From positions 2,220,001 through 2,252,000 of the forward strand of contig NC_017080.1 in assembly GCF_000284115.1 (NCBI RefSeq): 32,000 nucleotides of DNA. Direction: 5' to 3'. Below, piece after piece: positions 8,608 through 17,718 of the stretch. Origin of the DNA: Phycisphaera mikurensis NBRC 102666. GTDB lineage: Bacteria > Planctomycetota > Phycisphaerae > Phycisphaerales > Phycisphaeraceae. Position 1 is the first letter of the stretch. Each line of letters starts with the position of its first letter. Below the pieces are notes generated by a model. It was not told where the DNA came from. It did no database searches and was given only the letters and a program-made list of their open reading frames with translations. The position numbers and the translations under genes are program-made.

Positions 8608-10593
8608 ATGACCTTCTCCCGACGCCATCAGCCTTATCGCGTCCTTCTCGTCGACGACAACCCCGCGATCCGCGCCGACTTCCGGCGGATCCTCCACCAC
8701 GTGCCGGACGCTCCCGCCGCGCTCGAGGCCCTCGCCGCCAGCTTCTTCGGGGACGAGCCGGCCGCCGCGGACGCCGTTGGGGCCGGGACCCCGCTGGAGA
8801 TCGACGAGGCCGCCGGGGGTGAGGCCGCCGTCGCGTTGGCGGAGGACGCCGTCGCCGCCGGAAGGCCCTACGCGCTCGCCTTCGTCGACATGCGGATGCC
8901 GCCGGGCATCGACGGCCTCGCGACCGTCGAACGGCTCCAGGCGATCGATCCGAACCTCCACACCGTCATCTGCTCGGCTTACTCCGACGCGAGCCACGAA
9001 GACATCGCCCGCCGCTTGGGCGACAGCGACCGGCTGCTCATCCTCCGCAAGCCCTTCGACGCCATCGAGGTCAGCCAGATCGCCTCCGCGCTCACCGCCA
9101 AGTGGGACGCCGCGGCGCAGGTGCGACGCCACCTCGGCGAGCTCGAGAGCCGGGTCCGCGAGCGGACCGACGCTCTCGAGAAGGCGAATCTGCAGCTGCG
9201 GGAGGCGGTGCGGCAACGCACGGAGGCCCAAGAGCAGATGCGGCACGCGGCCCTCCACGACCCGCTCACCGGGTTGCCCAACCGCGCGCTGCTGATGGAG
9301 TCTCTGGCGCGCTTCGCCGACCGCTTCCGGCCGGGGCTGGGACCGACCCACGGCGTGCTCTTCCTCGACCTCGACCGCTTCAAGGTCATCAACGACGGCC
9401 TCGGCCACGCCACCGGCGACCGCGTGCTCATCGGCGTCGCGCAGCGGCTGCGGCGGGTGGCCGAGCGGGTCGAGCGGGAGCCGGGCGTGCGGGAGGCGCT
9501 GGTCGCCCGGCTCGGCGGCGACGAGTTCGTCCTGGCGCTCGGCGGGCTCGACGCGGATGGCGCGCTCCGAGCCGCCGAGCGTGCGGCCCGCCTCGTGTCC
9601 GAAGCGCTCGCCGAGCCACTGATGCTCGGCGGCCGCGAGCTGCACGCCGAGGCCTCCATCGGCTTCGCCGTGGCCGAGGAGGACGGCGACGGCAGCGCGA
9701 GCCTGCTGCGGGACGCCGACACCGCCCTCTACCACGCCAAGGAGGCGGGCCGCGGCCGCTGGGCGGCGTTCGACCGCCCGATGCGCGAAGCCGCCGTGCA
9801 GCGGCTCGAGCTCGGCGCGGACCTCCGCCGCGCCCTCGAGGCCGGGGAGTTCTGGCTCGCCTTCCAGCCCATCGTCGACCTGCGGACCGGCCGGCTCGCC
9901 GCGGCCGAGGCGTTGCTGCGGTGGGCCCACCCCGTCCACGGCCTGGTCGGGCCCAACCGCTTCGTCCCGCTCGCCGAGGAGACCGGGCTGATCGAGCCCA
10001 TCGGCCTCTGGGTGCTCCGCGAGTCCTGCCGCCAGGCCGCCGCGTGGTCGGCCGCCTGCCCCGAGCACGCCAGCCTCGCCGTCACCGTCAACGTGTCGCC
10101 CCGGCAGGTCCTCGCCGGGAACCTGCCCGCGCTGGTCGCGGACGCTTGCCGCGACGCGGGCCTCGCCCCCGATCGCCTCAAGCTGGAGGTGACCGAGGGC
10201 ATGCTGCTCCGCGGCAACGCCCGGGTCAGCGGCGCCTTCGAACGGATCCGAGCCGCCGGAACGCGGGTGCTCATCGACGACTTCGGCACCGGCTACTCGT
10301 CGCTGTCGTACCTGCACCAGATGCCCGTCGACGGCATCAAGCTCGACGCCAGCTTCGTCCGCCAGCTCGGCGAGGACCGCTGCTTCACCAACACCGTGCA
10401 GGCGCTGATCACCCTCGCGATGAACCGGGACCTGGTCGTCGTCGCCGAGGGCATCGAGCGCGTCGACCAGCTGGTGCAGCTGCAGGCCCTCGACTGCCAG
10501 ATGGGGCAGGGCTACCACTTCGGCCGGCCGGTGGCGGCCGGCGAGTTCGGCAAGCTGCTGCTCGGCGGGGCGAACTGGAAGGAGGCCGCTTGA
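8608..10593 (+). CDS. Response regulator with REC-GGDEF-EAL domains (c-di-GMP turnover)
   Basis: REC domain: 'YRVLLVDDNP', 'FVDMRMPPGIDG', 'LRKPF'. A coiled-coil linker follows. GGDEF domain: 'RLGGDEFVLAL'. EAL domain: 'EALLRW', 'DDFGTGYSSLSYL', 'IKLD', 'VAEGIE', 'GQGYHFGRP'. ATG 8608 is preferred; the tracked GTG 8572 is the alternative. Confidence 0.9.
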   Translation: MTFSRRHQPYRVLLVDDNPAIRADFRRILHHVPDAPAALEALAASFFGDEPAAADAVGAGTPLEIDEAAGGEAAVALAEDAVAAGRPYALAFVDMRMPPGIDGLATVERLQAIDPNLHTVICSAYSDASHEDIARRLGDSDRLLILRKPFDAIEVSQIASALTAKWDAAAQVRRHLGELESRVRERTDALEKANLQLREAVRQRTEAQEQMRHAALHDPLTGLPNRALLMESLARFADRFRPGLGPTHGVLFLDLDRFKVINDGLGHATGDRVLIGVAQRLRRVAERVEREPGVREALVARLGGDEFVLALGGLDADGALRAAERAARLVSEALAEPLMLGGRELHAEASIGFAVAEEDGDGSASLLRDADTALYHAKEAGRGRWAAFDRPMREAAVQRLELGADLRRALEAGEFWLAFQPIVDLRTGRLAAAEALLRWAHPVHGLVGPNRFVPLAEETGLIEPIGLWVLRESCRQAAAWSAACPEHASLAVTVNVSPRQVLAGNLPALVADACRDAGLAPDRLKLEVTEGMLLRGNARVSGAFERIRAAGTRVLIDDFGTGYSSLSYLHQMPVDGIKLDASFVRQLGEDRCFTNTVQALITLAMNRDLVVVAEGIERVDQLVQLQALDCQMGQGYHFGRPVAAGEFGKLLLGGANWKEAA

Positions 10594-11894
10594 GCGACTG
10601 CCCCGCCGCTTCGTTGCCCAAGCTCGACCCCGAAGCCGCGCGGCAGCGGGACCAGGTGCTGCGCACCGTGCTCGAGTCGATCCCGCACTGCGTCTTCTGG
10701 AAGGACCGCGACTGCCTCTACCTGGGCAGCAACTCGGGCTTCGCCCGGCTCGCCGGCTTCGACGACGCCGCCGACCTCATCGGCCAGGACGATTACGACC
10801 TGCCCTGGACCCGCACGGAGACCGACTTCTTCCGCAAGTGCGACCTCGACGTCATGGCCCGCGGCGAGGCCATCCTCAACGTCGAAGAGCCGCAGAAGAA
10901 TGCGCTGGGCGAGGAAACCTGGTTGCTGACCAGCAAGGTCCCGCTCCGCGACGAGGCGGGCCGCGTCTTCGGCATCCTGGGGATGTTCGTCGACATCACC
11001 GACCGCAAGCGTGCCGAGCTCGAGCGTGACGAAGCCCAGGCGAAGCTGGTCGTCGCCTCACGCGAAGCCGGCAAGAGCGAGATCGCCACCGGGGTGCTGC
11101 ACAACGTCGGCAACGCCATCAACTCCATCGGCGTCGGCGTCGACCTGCTCCGCGAGAGACTCGGGGCCGGTCCGGTGGCGCTGGCCGAGCGTCTCGCCGC
11201 GTCGCTCCGCCCGCACCGCGCCGACTTCCCCGCCTTCGCCGCCGCCGACCCGCGCGCCGCCGCTCTGCCCGACCTGGTGATCGGCCTCTCCGAAGCGATG
11301 CGGCGCGAGCACGACCGCCTGCGCGACGAGCTGGCGCAGCTCACCGAGCAGGTCGCGCACGTGAAGGACGTCATCAGCAGCCAGCAGGCCTTCGCACGCC
11401 CCCGCACCGCTCGCGAGCCCGCACCCGCCGCCGCCCTGGCCGAGGAGGCCGCGCGGATGGCCACCGCCTGCATCGGTCCCGGCGGCGCGGCGGTCCGCGT
11501 GCGGACGGCCGCCGACGCCCCCGTCGTCACGACCGACCGGAGCCTCGTCCTGCAGGTCCTCGTCAACCTCCTCCACAACGCGCTCCAGGCCGTGCCCGCG
11601 GATCAAGAAGACGGCTCCGTGGAGATCCGCGTCGCGCAGGACGCGACCGCCGGCACCCTCGCCTTCGTGGTCGAGGACAACGGCCGCGGCATCGACGCCC
11701 GAGCGATCGGCCGCCTCTTCGAGCACGGCTACACCACCCGCGCCGACGGCCACGGCTTCGGCCTCCACACCGCCGCGCTCTCGGCCGGCGTCCTCGGCGG
11801 CCGGCTGGAAGCGGCGAGCGACGGCCCCGGCCGGGGCGCTCGCTTCACCCTGACGCTGCCGATGGACCAAGCGGCGGTCCACCCGGCGGCCTGA
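10590..11894 (+). CDS. Cytoplasmic PAS-domain sensor histidine kinase
   Basis: C-terminal part of ORF 9102..11894(+). It has a PAS domain ('LESIPHCVFWKDRDCLYLGSNSGFARLAG...FVDITDRKRAE'), an H-box-like 'ATGVLHNVGNAINS', an N-box 'LVNLLHNALQA', G1 'VEDNGRGI' and G2 'GHGFGLH'. TTG 10590 overlaps the upstream TGA (10591-10593) as TTGA, and GGAGG lies at 10581-10585. I see no TM segment. Confidence 0.8.
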   Translation: MSDCPAASLPKLDPEAARQRDQVLRTVLESIPHCVFWKDRDCLYLGSNSGFARLAGFDDAADLIGQDDYDLPWTRTETDFFRKCDLDVMARGEAILNVEEPQKNALGEETWLLTSKVPLRDEAGRVFGILGMFVDITDRKRAELERDEAQAKLVVASREAGKSEIATGVLHNVGNAINSIGVGVDLLRERLGAGPVALAERLAASLRPHRADFPAFAAADPRAAALPDLVIGLSEAMRREHDRLRDELAQLTEQVAHVKDVISSQQAFARPRTAREPAPAAALAEEAARMATACIGPGGAAVRVRTAADAPVVTTDRSLVLQVLVNLLHNALQAVPADQEDGSVEIRVAQDATAGTLAFVVEDNGRGIDARAIGRLFEHGYTTRADGHGFGLHTAALSAGVLGGRLEAASDGPGRGARFTLTLPMDQAAVHPAA

Positions 11895-11947
11895 GGCTCC
11901 GGGCCGCGGGTCCAGACGCTGCGGGATCCCGCCGGAGAGCCGCGGCC

Positions 11948-13054
11948 TCAGGCCAGCGGGTGCACCCGCCCGTAGGCCCGCCGGGGGACGCGGGTGCCGG
12001 CGGTGGCGAGGCCACGCACGTTGCCGCCGCGGAGGAAGTCGTGCGGGAAGCCCAGCTCGATCGGCGCGAGCCGCTGGATCTCGGCCTGCTCGTCCTCGGA
12101 AAGGTCGAAGCCGAGCGCGCCCAGCGAGCCCTCCAGGTGATCCGGCGTCCGCGGGCCGACGATGACCGAGGGCACGGCCGGCCGGGACAGCAGCCAGTTC
12201 TGAGCGACCTGCGCGACGGTCTTGCCGTGGGCGTCGCCGATCTTCTGCAGGCCCTCCACCAGCTCGACGCGCTGCTCGTCCCACTTCATGTCGCGCTTGC
12301 CGACGCCCTTCTTCTCGCCGGCCTCGATCTTCTGGAGGTCCTCGCGGCCGTACTTGCCGCTGAGCACGCCGCCCTTCAGCGGCGACCACGGCAGCAGGCC
12401 CAGGCCCATCTCCAGCGCCATCGGCGCGATCTCCCGCTCCACGTCGCGGGTGATCAGCGAGTACTCGACCTGCGTGGCGACCGGCCGCGTGAGCGCGTGG
12501 TGCCGCGCGTAGCAGACCAGCTCGCACAGCTTCCACGCCGGCGTGTCGCTGATCGCGACGTAGCCGATCTTGCCGGCCTTCACCAGGTCGTCGAAGGCCC
12601 GGACCAGCTCGTCGGTGGGCGTGGTGAAGTCCCACATGTGCAGCCAGTACAGGTCGATGTGGTCGGTTTTGAGCCGCTTCAGCGAGGCCTCCACCGCGCG
12701 GTGCATCGAGAGCCGCGAGTTGCCCGCCGCCATCGGCTGCCCGTCGGCCCGCTTGATCGTGTACTTCGTCGCGAGCACGAAGCGATCGCGCTCGCTGGCG
12801 ATGAACTCTCCGACGAAGGACTCGCTGGAACCGTTGGTGTAGAAGTCCGCCGTGTCCAGGAAGTTCCCGCCGGCTTCGGCGTAGGCGTCGAAGACCTTCT
12901 TCGACGTCTCTTTGTCGGCCCCGGTCCCCCAGTCTTCCCCGAAGTTCATCGTCCCCAGGCACAGCGGGCTCACCCGCAGGCCCGAGTCTCCGAGCAGCTG
13001 GTAGTCGTCCAGGGAGGAGGGAACGTTCTTCGACAGCGGGGCGTTCTCGGGCAT
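11948..13054 (-). CDS. Aldo/keto reductase family oxidoreductase
   Basis: Full tracked ORF of 368 aa. It carries 'LGDSGLRVSPLCLGTMNFG', 'GGNFLDTADFY', 'VLATKY' and 'IDLYWLHMWD', which are typical AKR signatures. Confidence 0.9.
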   Translation of the reverse strand: MPENAPLSKNVPSSLDDYQLLGDSGLRVSPLCLGTMNFGEDWGTGADKETSKKVFDAYAEAGGNFLDTADFYTNGSSESFVGEFIASERDRFVLATKYTIKRADGQPMAAGNSRLSMHRAVEASLKRLKTDHIDLYWLHMWDFTTPTDELVRAFDDLVKAGKIGYVAISDTPAWKLCELVCYARHHALTRPVATQVEYSLITRDVEREIAPMALEMGLGLLPWSPLKGGVLSGKYGREDLQKIEAGEKKGVGKRDMKWDEQRVELVEGLQKIGDAHGKTVAQVAQNWLLSRPAVPSVIVGPRTPDHLEGSLGALGFDLSEDEQAEIQRLAPIELGFPHDFLRGGNVRGLATAGTRVPRRAYGRVHPLA

Positions 13055-13187
13055 GCGACGACGCTAGGGGCGCTCGGGGGGTTCCGCCGAACGAGCGCTC
13101 CGCTCCATCGCGAACGAGGGCGCGGGAGGCACGGAGGCCGCGAGCGCGAACAAGAGCGAAGCCAGAGCCATTGGGAGCGAGCCGTCG

Positions 13188-13233
13188 CCGCGGACCGCAG
13201 GCTCATGGGCCCGGAACAGCCGCCGGTCCGCGG
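13188..13233 (-). terminator. Candidate terminator or REP-like hairpin downstream of tkt
   Basis: 10-bp inverted repeat: ccgcggaccg (13188-13197) and cggtccgcgg (13224-13233), with a 26-nt loop. It lies about 100 nt downstream of the tkt stop on the minus strand. The arm sequence is the same as in the hairpins at 951 and 4683. Confidence 0.35.
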
Positions 13234-13333
13234 ATCCGAAGGGAGCGTCGCCTCCTCGCTCCGCCGGTTCTCTCGCGCGGCCTTCGCGTCTTGTCTTGCT
13301 TCGCGATGGAGCGAAGCCACCGCCCGCACACGC

Positions 13334-15313
13334 TCAGAGCTCCAGCATCCCCAGCGCCTCACGCACGACGTCGTCGACGGAGAGGCCGACGTACGCGAGG
13401 ATGTCGTCGGCGTCGGCGCCGCTCTTGGGCAGCCGCTCGACGTGCATCTGCTTGACGGTGAAGCCGTCGCCGGTGGCGGCCAGCGCGTCGGCGACGGCGG
13501 AGCCCATGCCGCCGCCGTAGTTGTCCTCCAGCGTCAGCACCCGGCCGTCGTGGTCGTTGGCGAGGTCGGCGAGCGCCTCCTCGTCGAAGGGCAGGCTGTA
13601 GAGGTCGACGATCGTGGCGTCGACGCCCTGCGCATCCAGCGCCTCGAGCGCGGCGTTGGCCTGGTGGACCATGTAACCCTGCGCGACGATCAGCAGGTCG
13701 CGGCCCTGGTTGAGCACCTCGTGGCCGCCGAGGGTGAAGGTCGTGCCGGGGCCGTAGAGGAACTCGGTCTCGGGCCGCATCGTCCGGAGGTAAACGCTGC
13801 CGGGGTGGTCGGCCATCGCGGCGACCAGGCCGTGGGTGGCCCACGCGTCCGCGGGCGTGCAGACGTAGAAACCCGGGTGGCCGCGGTGGTCTCTCATCGT
13901 CCCGAAGCTGCGGAACCAGGCGACGTCGGGCAGGGCCATCTGCGAGGGGCCGTCGGGCCCGAGCGTGCAGCCGGCGTGGCTGCCGACCAGCCGCAGCGGC
14001 TGGCCCGAGAGCACCGCCATCTCGACCTGGTCGTAGGCCCGGGTGAGGAACTTGCCGAAGGTGGAGACCACCGGCAGCTTGCCGCCGGCGGCCATCCCCA
14101 GCGCTGCCGAGACCATGTTCTGCTCGGCGATGCGGCACTCGATGAAGCGGCCAGTGAGCTCCGGGTCCTTCTTGAAGGAGGCCGAGCCGGTGGAGCCCGA
14201 GACGTCGGCGTCGAGCGCGGCGACGTCGCCGCGGGCGTGCCCCAGGGCCCGCAGCGAGATGCCGTAGGCCTTGCGCGTGGCGAGCACGCCCTTCGCGAGC
14301 ACCTCCTCCTGGCCGAAGCTCCTGCAGGCCTCGTCGAAGGCGGGCATCTGCTCCCGCTTCACCGGGCCGGGCTTCTCGGGGGGGAGCAGGTCGCGCTGCA
14401 GCTTCACGTCCGCGGTGGCACCGAGCTGCTTGTGCTTCGCGTCGAGCTCGGCGAGCGCGGCCTCCAACGCCTCGCCGGTCGGGGCCGTGCCGTGGTGGCC
14501 GTTGCCGTGCTGGCTCTGGGCACCCCAGCCTTTGACGGTGCGGGCGACCAGGGCGACGGGCGCGGCGTCGGGGTTGTGCTGGGCCTGGGCGTGGGCGGAG
14601 AAGGCCCCGGCGACGGCCTCGGGCGCGTGGCCGTCGACGTCGCGGACGTCGAAGCCGGCGGCCTCGAGCTTCGCCACCAGCACGTCGGCGGATTGCTGCA
14701 CCGAAACGGCCTCGCTCTGCGCAAACCGGTTCGCGTTGAAGACCGGGCAGACGGCCTTGAGCCCGTGGTCGATCAGGAAGTCGACCGCCTCCCACACCTG
14801 GCCCTCGCGGCTCTCGCCGTCGCCGATGAGGCAGTAAATGCGCTTGCCGAGGCCGTCCATCCGCGCCGCGAGCGCCAAGCCGGCGGCGACGGAGAGGCCC
14901 TGGCCCAGCGACCCGGTCGCGGCGTCGAAGAAGGGAAAGCCCAGCGCCGGGTTGGGGTGGCCGTCCACCGGCGAGTCGATCGCGCGCAGCGTGCGTGCCA
15001 GCTCGTGGGTCATCGGCTTGAGCGTGCCCTCGGCGTCGTCGGGCCCGTCGAATCTGCGGTAGGCGATGCCCAGGTCGGCCATGGCCGCGTACAGCACCGG
15101 CACCGCGTGTCCCTCGGAAAGCACGAGCCGATCGCTCGCGGGGTGGCCGGGGTTCATCGGCTCAAAACGCATCTGCTGGTAGAGCAGCACCGACACCAGG
15201 TGCGCCAGCGACGCTCCGGAGCTGGGGTGGCCCGATCCCGCGGCGCCGGTGATCTCGTAGGTCAGCTTGGTGAGCTGGATGGCCTTGTCGTGGATCGTGC
15301 TGTCGAAGCTCAT
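13334..15313 (-). CDS. tkt: Transketolase
   Basis: ATG at 15313 gives 'MSFDSTIHDKAIQLTKL...'. TPP-binding signatures are 'GSGHPSSGASLAHL', 'LSEGHAVPVLYA' and 'CLIGDGESREGQVWEA'. The C-terminal pyrimidine-binding and C-terminal domains are present. The tracked ORF extends to 15427, but that extension has no family resemblance. Confidence 0.9.
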   Translation of the reverse strand: MSFDSTIHDKAIQLTKLTYEITGAAGSGHPSSGASLAHLVSVLLYQQMRFEPMNPGHPASDRLVLSEGHAVPVLYAAMADLGIAYRRFDGPDDAEGTLKPMTHELARTLRAIDSPVDGHPNPALGFPFFDAATGSLGQGLSVAAGLALAARMDGLGKRIYCLIGDGESREGQVWEAVDFLIDHGLKAVCPVFNANRFAQSEAVSVQQSADVLVAKLEAAGFDVRDVDGHAPEAVAGAFSAHAQAQHNPDAAPVALVARTVKGWGAQSQHGNGHHGTAPTGEALEAALAELDAKHKQLGATADVKLQRDLLPPEKPGPVKREQMPAFDEACRSFGQEEVLAKGVLATRKAYGISLRALGHARGDVAALDADVSGSTGSASFKKDPELTGRFIECRIAEQNMVSAALGMAAGGKLPVVSTFGKFLTRAYDQVEMAVLSGQPLRLVGSHAGCTLGPDGPSQMALPDVAWFRSFGTMRDHRGHPGFYVCTPADAWATHGLVAAMADHPGSVYLRTMRPETEFLYGPGTTFTLGGHEVLNQGRDLLIVAQGYMVHQANAALEALDAQGVDATIVDLYSLPFDEEALADLANDHDGRVLTLEDNYGGGMGSAVADALAATGDGFTVKQMHVERLPKSGADADDILAYVGLSVDDVVREALGMLEL

Positions 15314-15470
15314 AGCGCGGGAGGGTAGTGCCGCGGGAGAAGCGGTCTTTTTCGACGGGAAGTGGGCACGCTCCGCGTGTCGAGTGCTTGTGCCCCGCAA
15401 CGCTCCGCGCGTCGGAACGCTCGGCACACGGCAGGAGGTCGCGGGTCGGCCGGATCGCCCAGGGCCCGTT

Positions 15471-16406
15471 TCAGCCGGCGTCGTGCGTCGGGAAGTGCCG
15501 GCCCCAGAGCGGCTGCAGCCGCTGGACCTCCGCCGGGTCGATGTCGGCCTTCTGCGTCCAGATCGCGTGATCGAGCGCGCGGTGGGCGGGGCTGGCCTCG
15601 CGTCGCAGCCGGCCGGTGTGCCGCAACGCCTCGCGGACCAGCGACAGCGAGGAGGCCACCGCCACCTGCAGGTTCCCGAGGATCTCCTCCAGCAGCGACT
15701 CGCTCGCGGCCTCGCCGGGCTTCCACGAGTCGTAGTCGGTGGGCATGGCGAGGCTCGCGTAGGCCATCTCCGCCTCCCGCGCGAGCCGTGCCTCCGGGAG
15801 GCCGGTCATGCCGATCACGTCGCCGCCCCACTGGCGGTACATCCGCGATTCGGCCCGCGTCGAGAACGACGGCCCCTCCATCACCATCATCGTCCCCTGC
15901 CGGTGGACGCGGCGTTGGTCGCTCTGCTCGTTGGCGCCGCCCCCGCTCAGGCGGTCGGCGGCTTCGATGAGCCAGCGACGCATCACGGGGCAGAAGGGCT
16001 CGGCGAACTCGACGTGCACCGCGGCGGCATCGAAGAAGGTGCGCGGCCGCCCGAGCGTGCGGTCGATGAGCTGGTCGAGGATCATCAGCTCCCCGGGTTG
16101 CACGTCCTCACGCAGGGAGCCGACGGCCGCGGAGGCGAGCACGTGCGTCACCCCGAGCTGCTTGAGCGCGCAGACGTTCGCCCGGTACGGCACCGCCGAG
16201 GGGTTGAACGCGTGCCGCGGCCCGTGCCGCTGCAGGACGAAGACGTCGGTGCCCTCCCAGCGGGTCTTCACGATCGGCGAGGCCGGCGGCCCGAAGGGAG
16301 TCTCCACGGTGATCGCCTCGCCGCCCTCTTCGGCGAGGGCTTCGCCCATGCCCGAGCCCGCGATCACGCCCACCTTCACCTCGTCCACGACGTCGCCATC
16401 GGCCAT
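15471..16406 (-). CDS. mtnP: S-methyl-5'-thioadenosine phosphorylase
   Basis: Full tracked ORF of 311 aa. It carries 'VGVIAGSG', 'FVLQRHG', 'PSAVPYRANVCALKQLGV', 'MEGPSFSTRAES' and 'GGDVIGMTGLPEARLAREAE', which are typical of MTAP/PNP family 2. Confidence 0.9.
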   Translation of the reverse strand: MADGDVVDEVKVGVIAGSGMGEALAEEGGEAITVETPFGPPASPIVKTRWEGTDVFVLQRHGPRHAFNPSAVPYRANVCALKQLGVTHVLASAAVGSLREDVQPGELMILDQLIDRTLGRPRTFFDAAAVHVEFAEPFCPVMRRWLIEAADRLSGGGANEQSDQRRVHRQGTMMVMEGPSFSTRAESRMYRQWGGDVIGMTGLPEARLAREAEMAYASLAMPTDYDSWKPGEAASESLLEEILGNLQVAVASSLSLVREALRHTGRLRREASPAHRALDHAIWTQKADIDPAEVQRLQPLWGRHFPTHDAG

Positions 16407-16482
16407 GGCGGCACCCTACCGGAGCCGCCGGGCCCCGCGTCGGCCTCCGCGGCCCGCGGCTTTGTGCGATACTGCGTACGCC

Positions 16483-17484
16483 ATGAGAACCCGCCTCCAC
16501 GCCCTCCCCCTGCTCGCCGCTCTCGCCCTCCCGGCCGTCACGTCCGCCGCGGCGGAGGGCGCGGCCGACCCCGTCGAGCCCGTGTGGACCGTCGGCTTGA
16601 ACATGCGTCGGGCGATGGCGAGCCCGCTCGCCTCGAGCCTCCGCCTGGGCATGGCGGCCAACGGCGACGAAGCCCAGATCGACGAGCTCAACGAGACCCT
16701 GGGGCTGGACCTCGCCGAGGACGTGGGCTCGATCGTGCTCTTCGGCGACGACTTCGAGAGCGGCGTGTTCTCGATGGTCGCCGAGCTCGGCGAGAGCGCC
16801 GGCAACCTCGAGGGCATGATGCTCGCGATGCCGGGGTACCGAAGCGACGAGCTGCCCGGCGGTGGCCTGCTCCACCACTTCACGGTCAACGAGGGCGCCG
16901 GCGCCGACGAGATGCCCGTCTGGGCCGCCGTGCCCGAGACCGCGGAGGGCTACCGCTTCGTCGCCTCGACCGACGAGCAGAACCTGCGCCGGCTGGCCGG
17001 CGAGGCGAGCTTCGAGAAGCGGCTGGCGCCGGGCCGGCTCGACGGCGACCGCATCCTCTCGGCCCGCATCGCGAAGGTGCCCGAGGACGCCGTGCCCGAG
17101 GACACCTTCGGGGCCGCCGCGATCAAGTCGATCACCTCGTTCCAGATGGACGTCACCAGCGGCGAGTCGCTCGCGCTGGACATCAACCTGCAGACGCCCG
17201 ACCCGACGCGGGCGAAGCAGCTCCAGCAGTTCCTGCAGAGCATGGCCGGCATGGGCCAGATGATGCTCGGCAGCCAGCCCGACAGCGCCGAGATCGCCGC
17301 CATGCTCGCGGGCATCGCGATCCAGCCGCAGCCGCCCGCCGAGGACGGCTCGACCGTGGTGAACGTCAACCTCGGCGTGGAGCAGGACGTGGTCGACCGC
17401 TGGATGGTCGAGAACGCCTCGAAGATGCCGACCGGGCAGGGCGTCGCGGGATCCGACGCCGGCGTCGTCACGCCCGCCCGCTGA
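16483..17484 (+). CDS. Secreted hypothetical protein
   Basis: ATG at 16483 gives the signal-peptide-like 'MRTRLHALPLLAALALPAVTSAAAEG'. GC3 is high throughout. I recognise no family. It diverges from mtnP across a 76-bp gap. Confidence 0.65.
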   Translation: MRTRLHALPLLAALALPAVTSAAAEGAADPVEPVWTVGLNMRRAMASPLASSLRLGMAANGDEAQIDELNETLGLDLAEDVGSIVLFGDDFESGVFSMVAELGESAGNLEGMMLAMPGYRSDELPGGGLLHHFTVNEGAGADEMPVWAAVPETAEGYRFVASTDEQNLRRLAGEASFEKRLAPGRLDGDRILSARIAKVPEDAVPEDTFGAAAIKSITSFQMDVTSGESLALDINLQTPDPTRAKQLQQFLQSMAGMGQMMLGSQPDSAEIAAMLAGIAIQPQPPAEDGSTVVNVNLGVEQDVVDRWMVENASKMPTGQGVAGSDAGVVTPAR

Positions 17485-17718
17485 TCCACGAGGCAGAGCG
17501 CGATCGGAGCGGGAACGAGCAGGCCAGCGGACGCCGCGTCCGGCAGCCGCGGCGCCGCCGCCCTCGCTCGGCTCCGAAGCCTGCTGCCTGCCCGTCCGTT
17601 GCCCCCTCCCGCTTCCCCGCCCGCCCGCCGCGGAGCGGCGCGTACGGCCCCGCCCCCGCCGCACGCAACTCCTAAACTCGCCCTCCCCCCGGCCCCCCGC
17701 GTGCCGAAGGAACCCACC

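Noticed and set aside
7171-10518. Upper part of the 1570-aa ORF 5806..10518 on the minus strand
   Set aside because: It runs antisense to galE and to the REC-GGDEF-EAL gene, both strongly supported by family motifs. Its translation is Gly/Arg/Ala/Pro/Val-rich with no recognisable domain. Only the 5806-7170 segment, made of hydrophobic helices, looks like a real gene.
11895-11947. Bidirectional terminator between the histidine kinase and the aldo/keto reductase
   Set aside because: Only an imperfect stem (gcgggtcc / ggatcccgc with a bulge) is present in the 53-bp gap. This is too weak to list as a feature.
17485-17718. ilv leader peptide or attenuator upstream of ilvB
   Set aside because: There is no short ORF rich in Ile/Val/Leu codons and no terminator/antiterminator pair. 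The region is C/G-rich with only a weak 6-bp hairpin.
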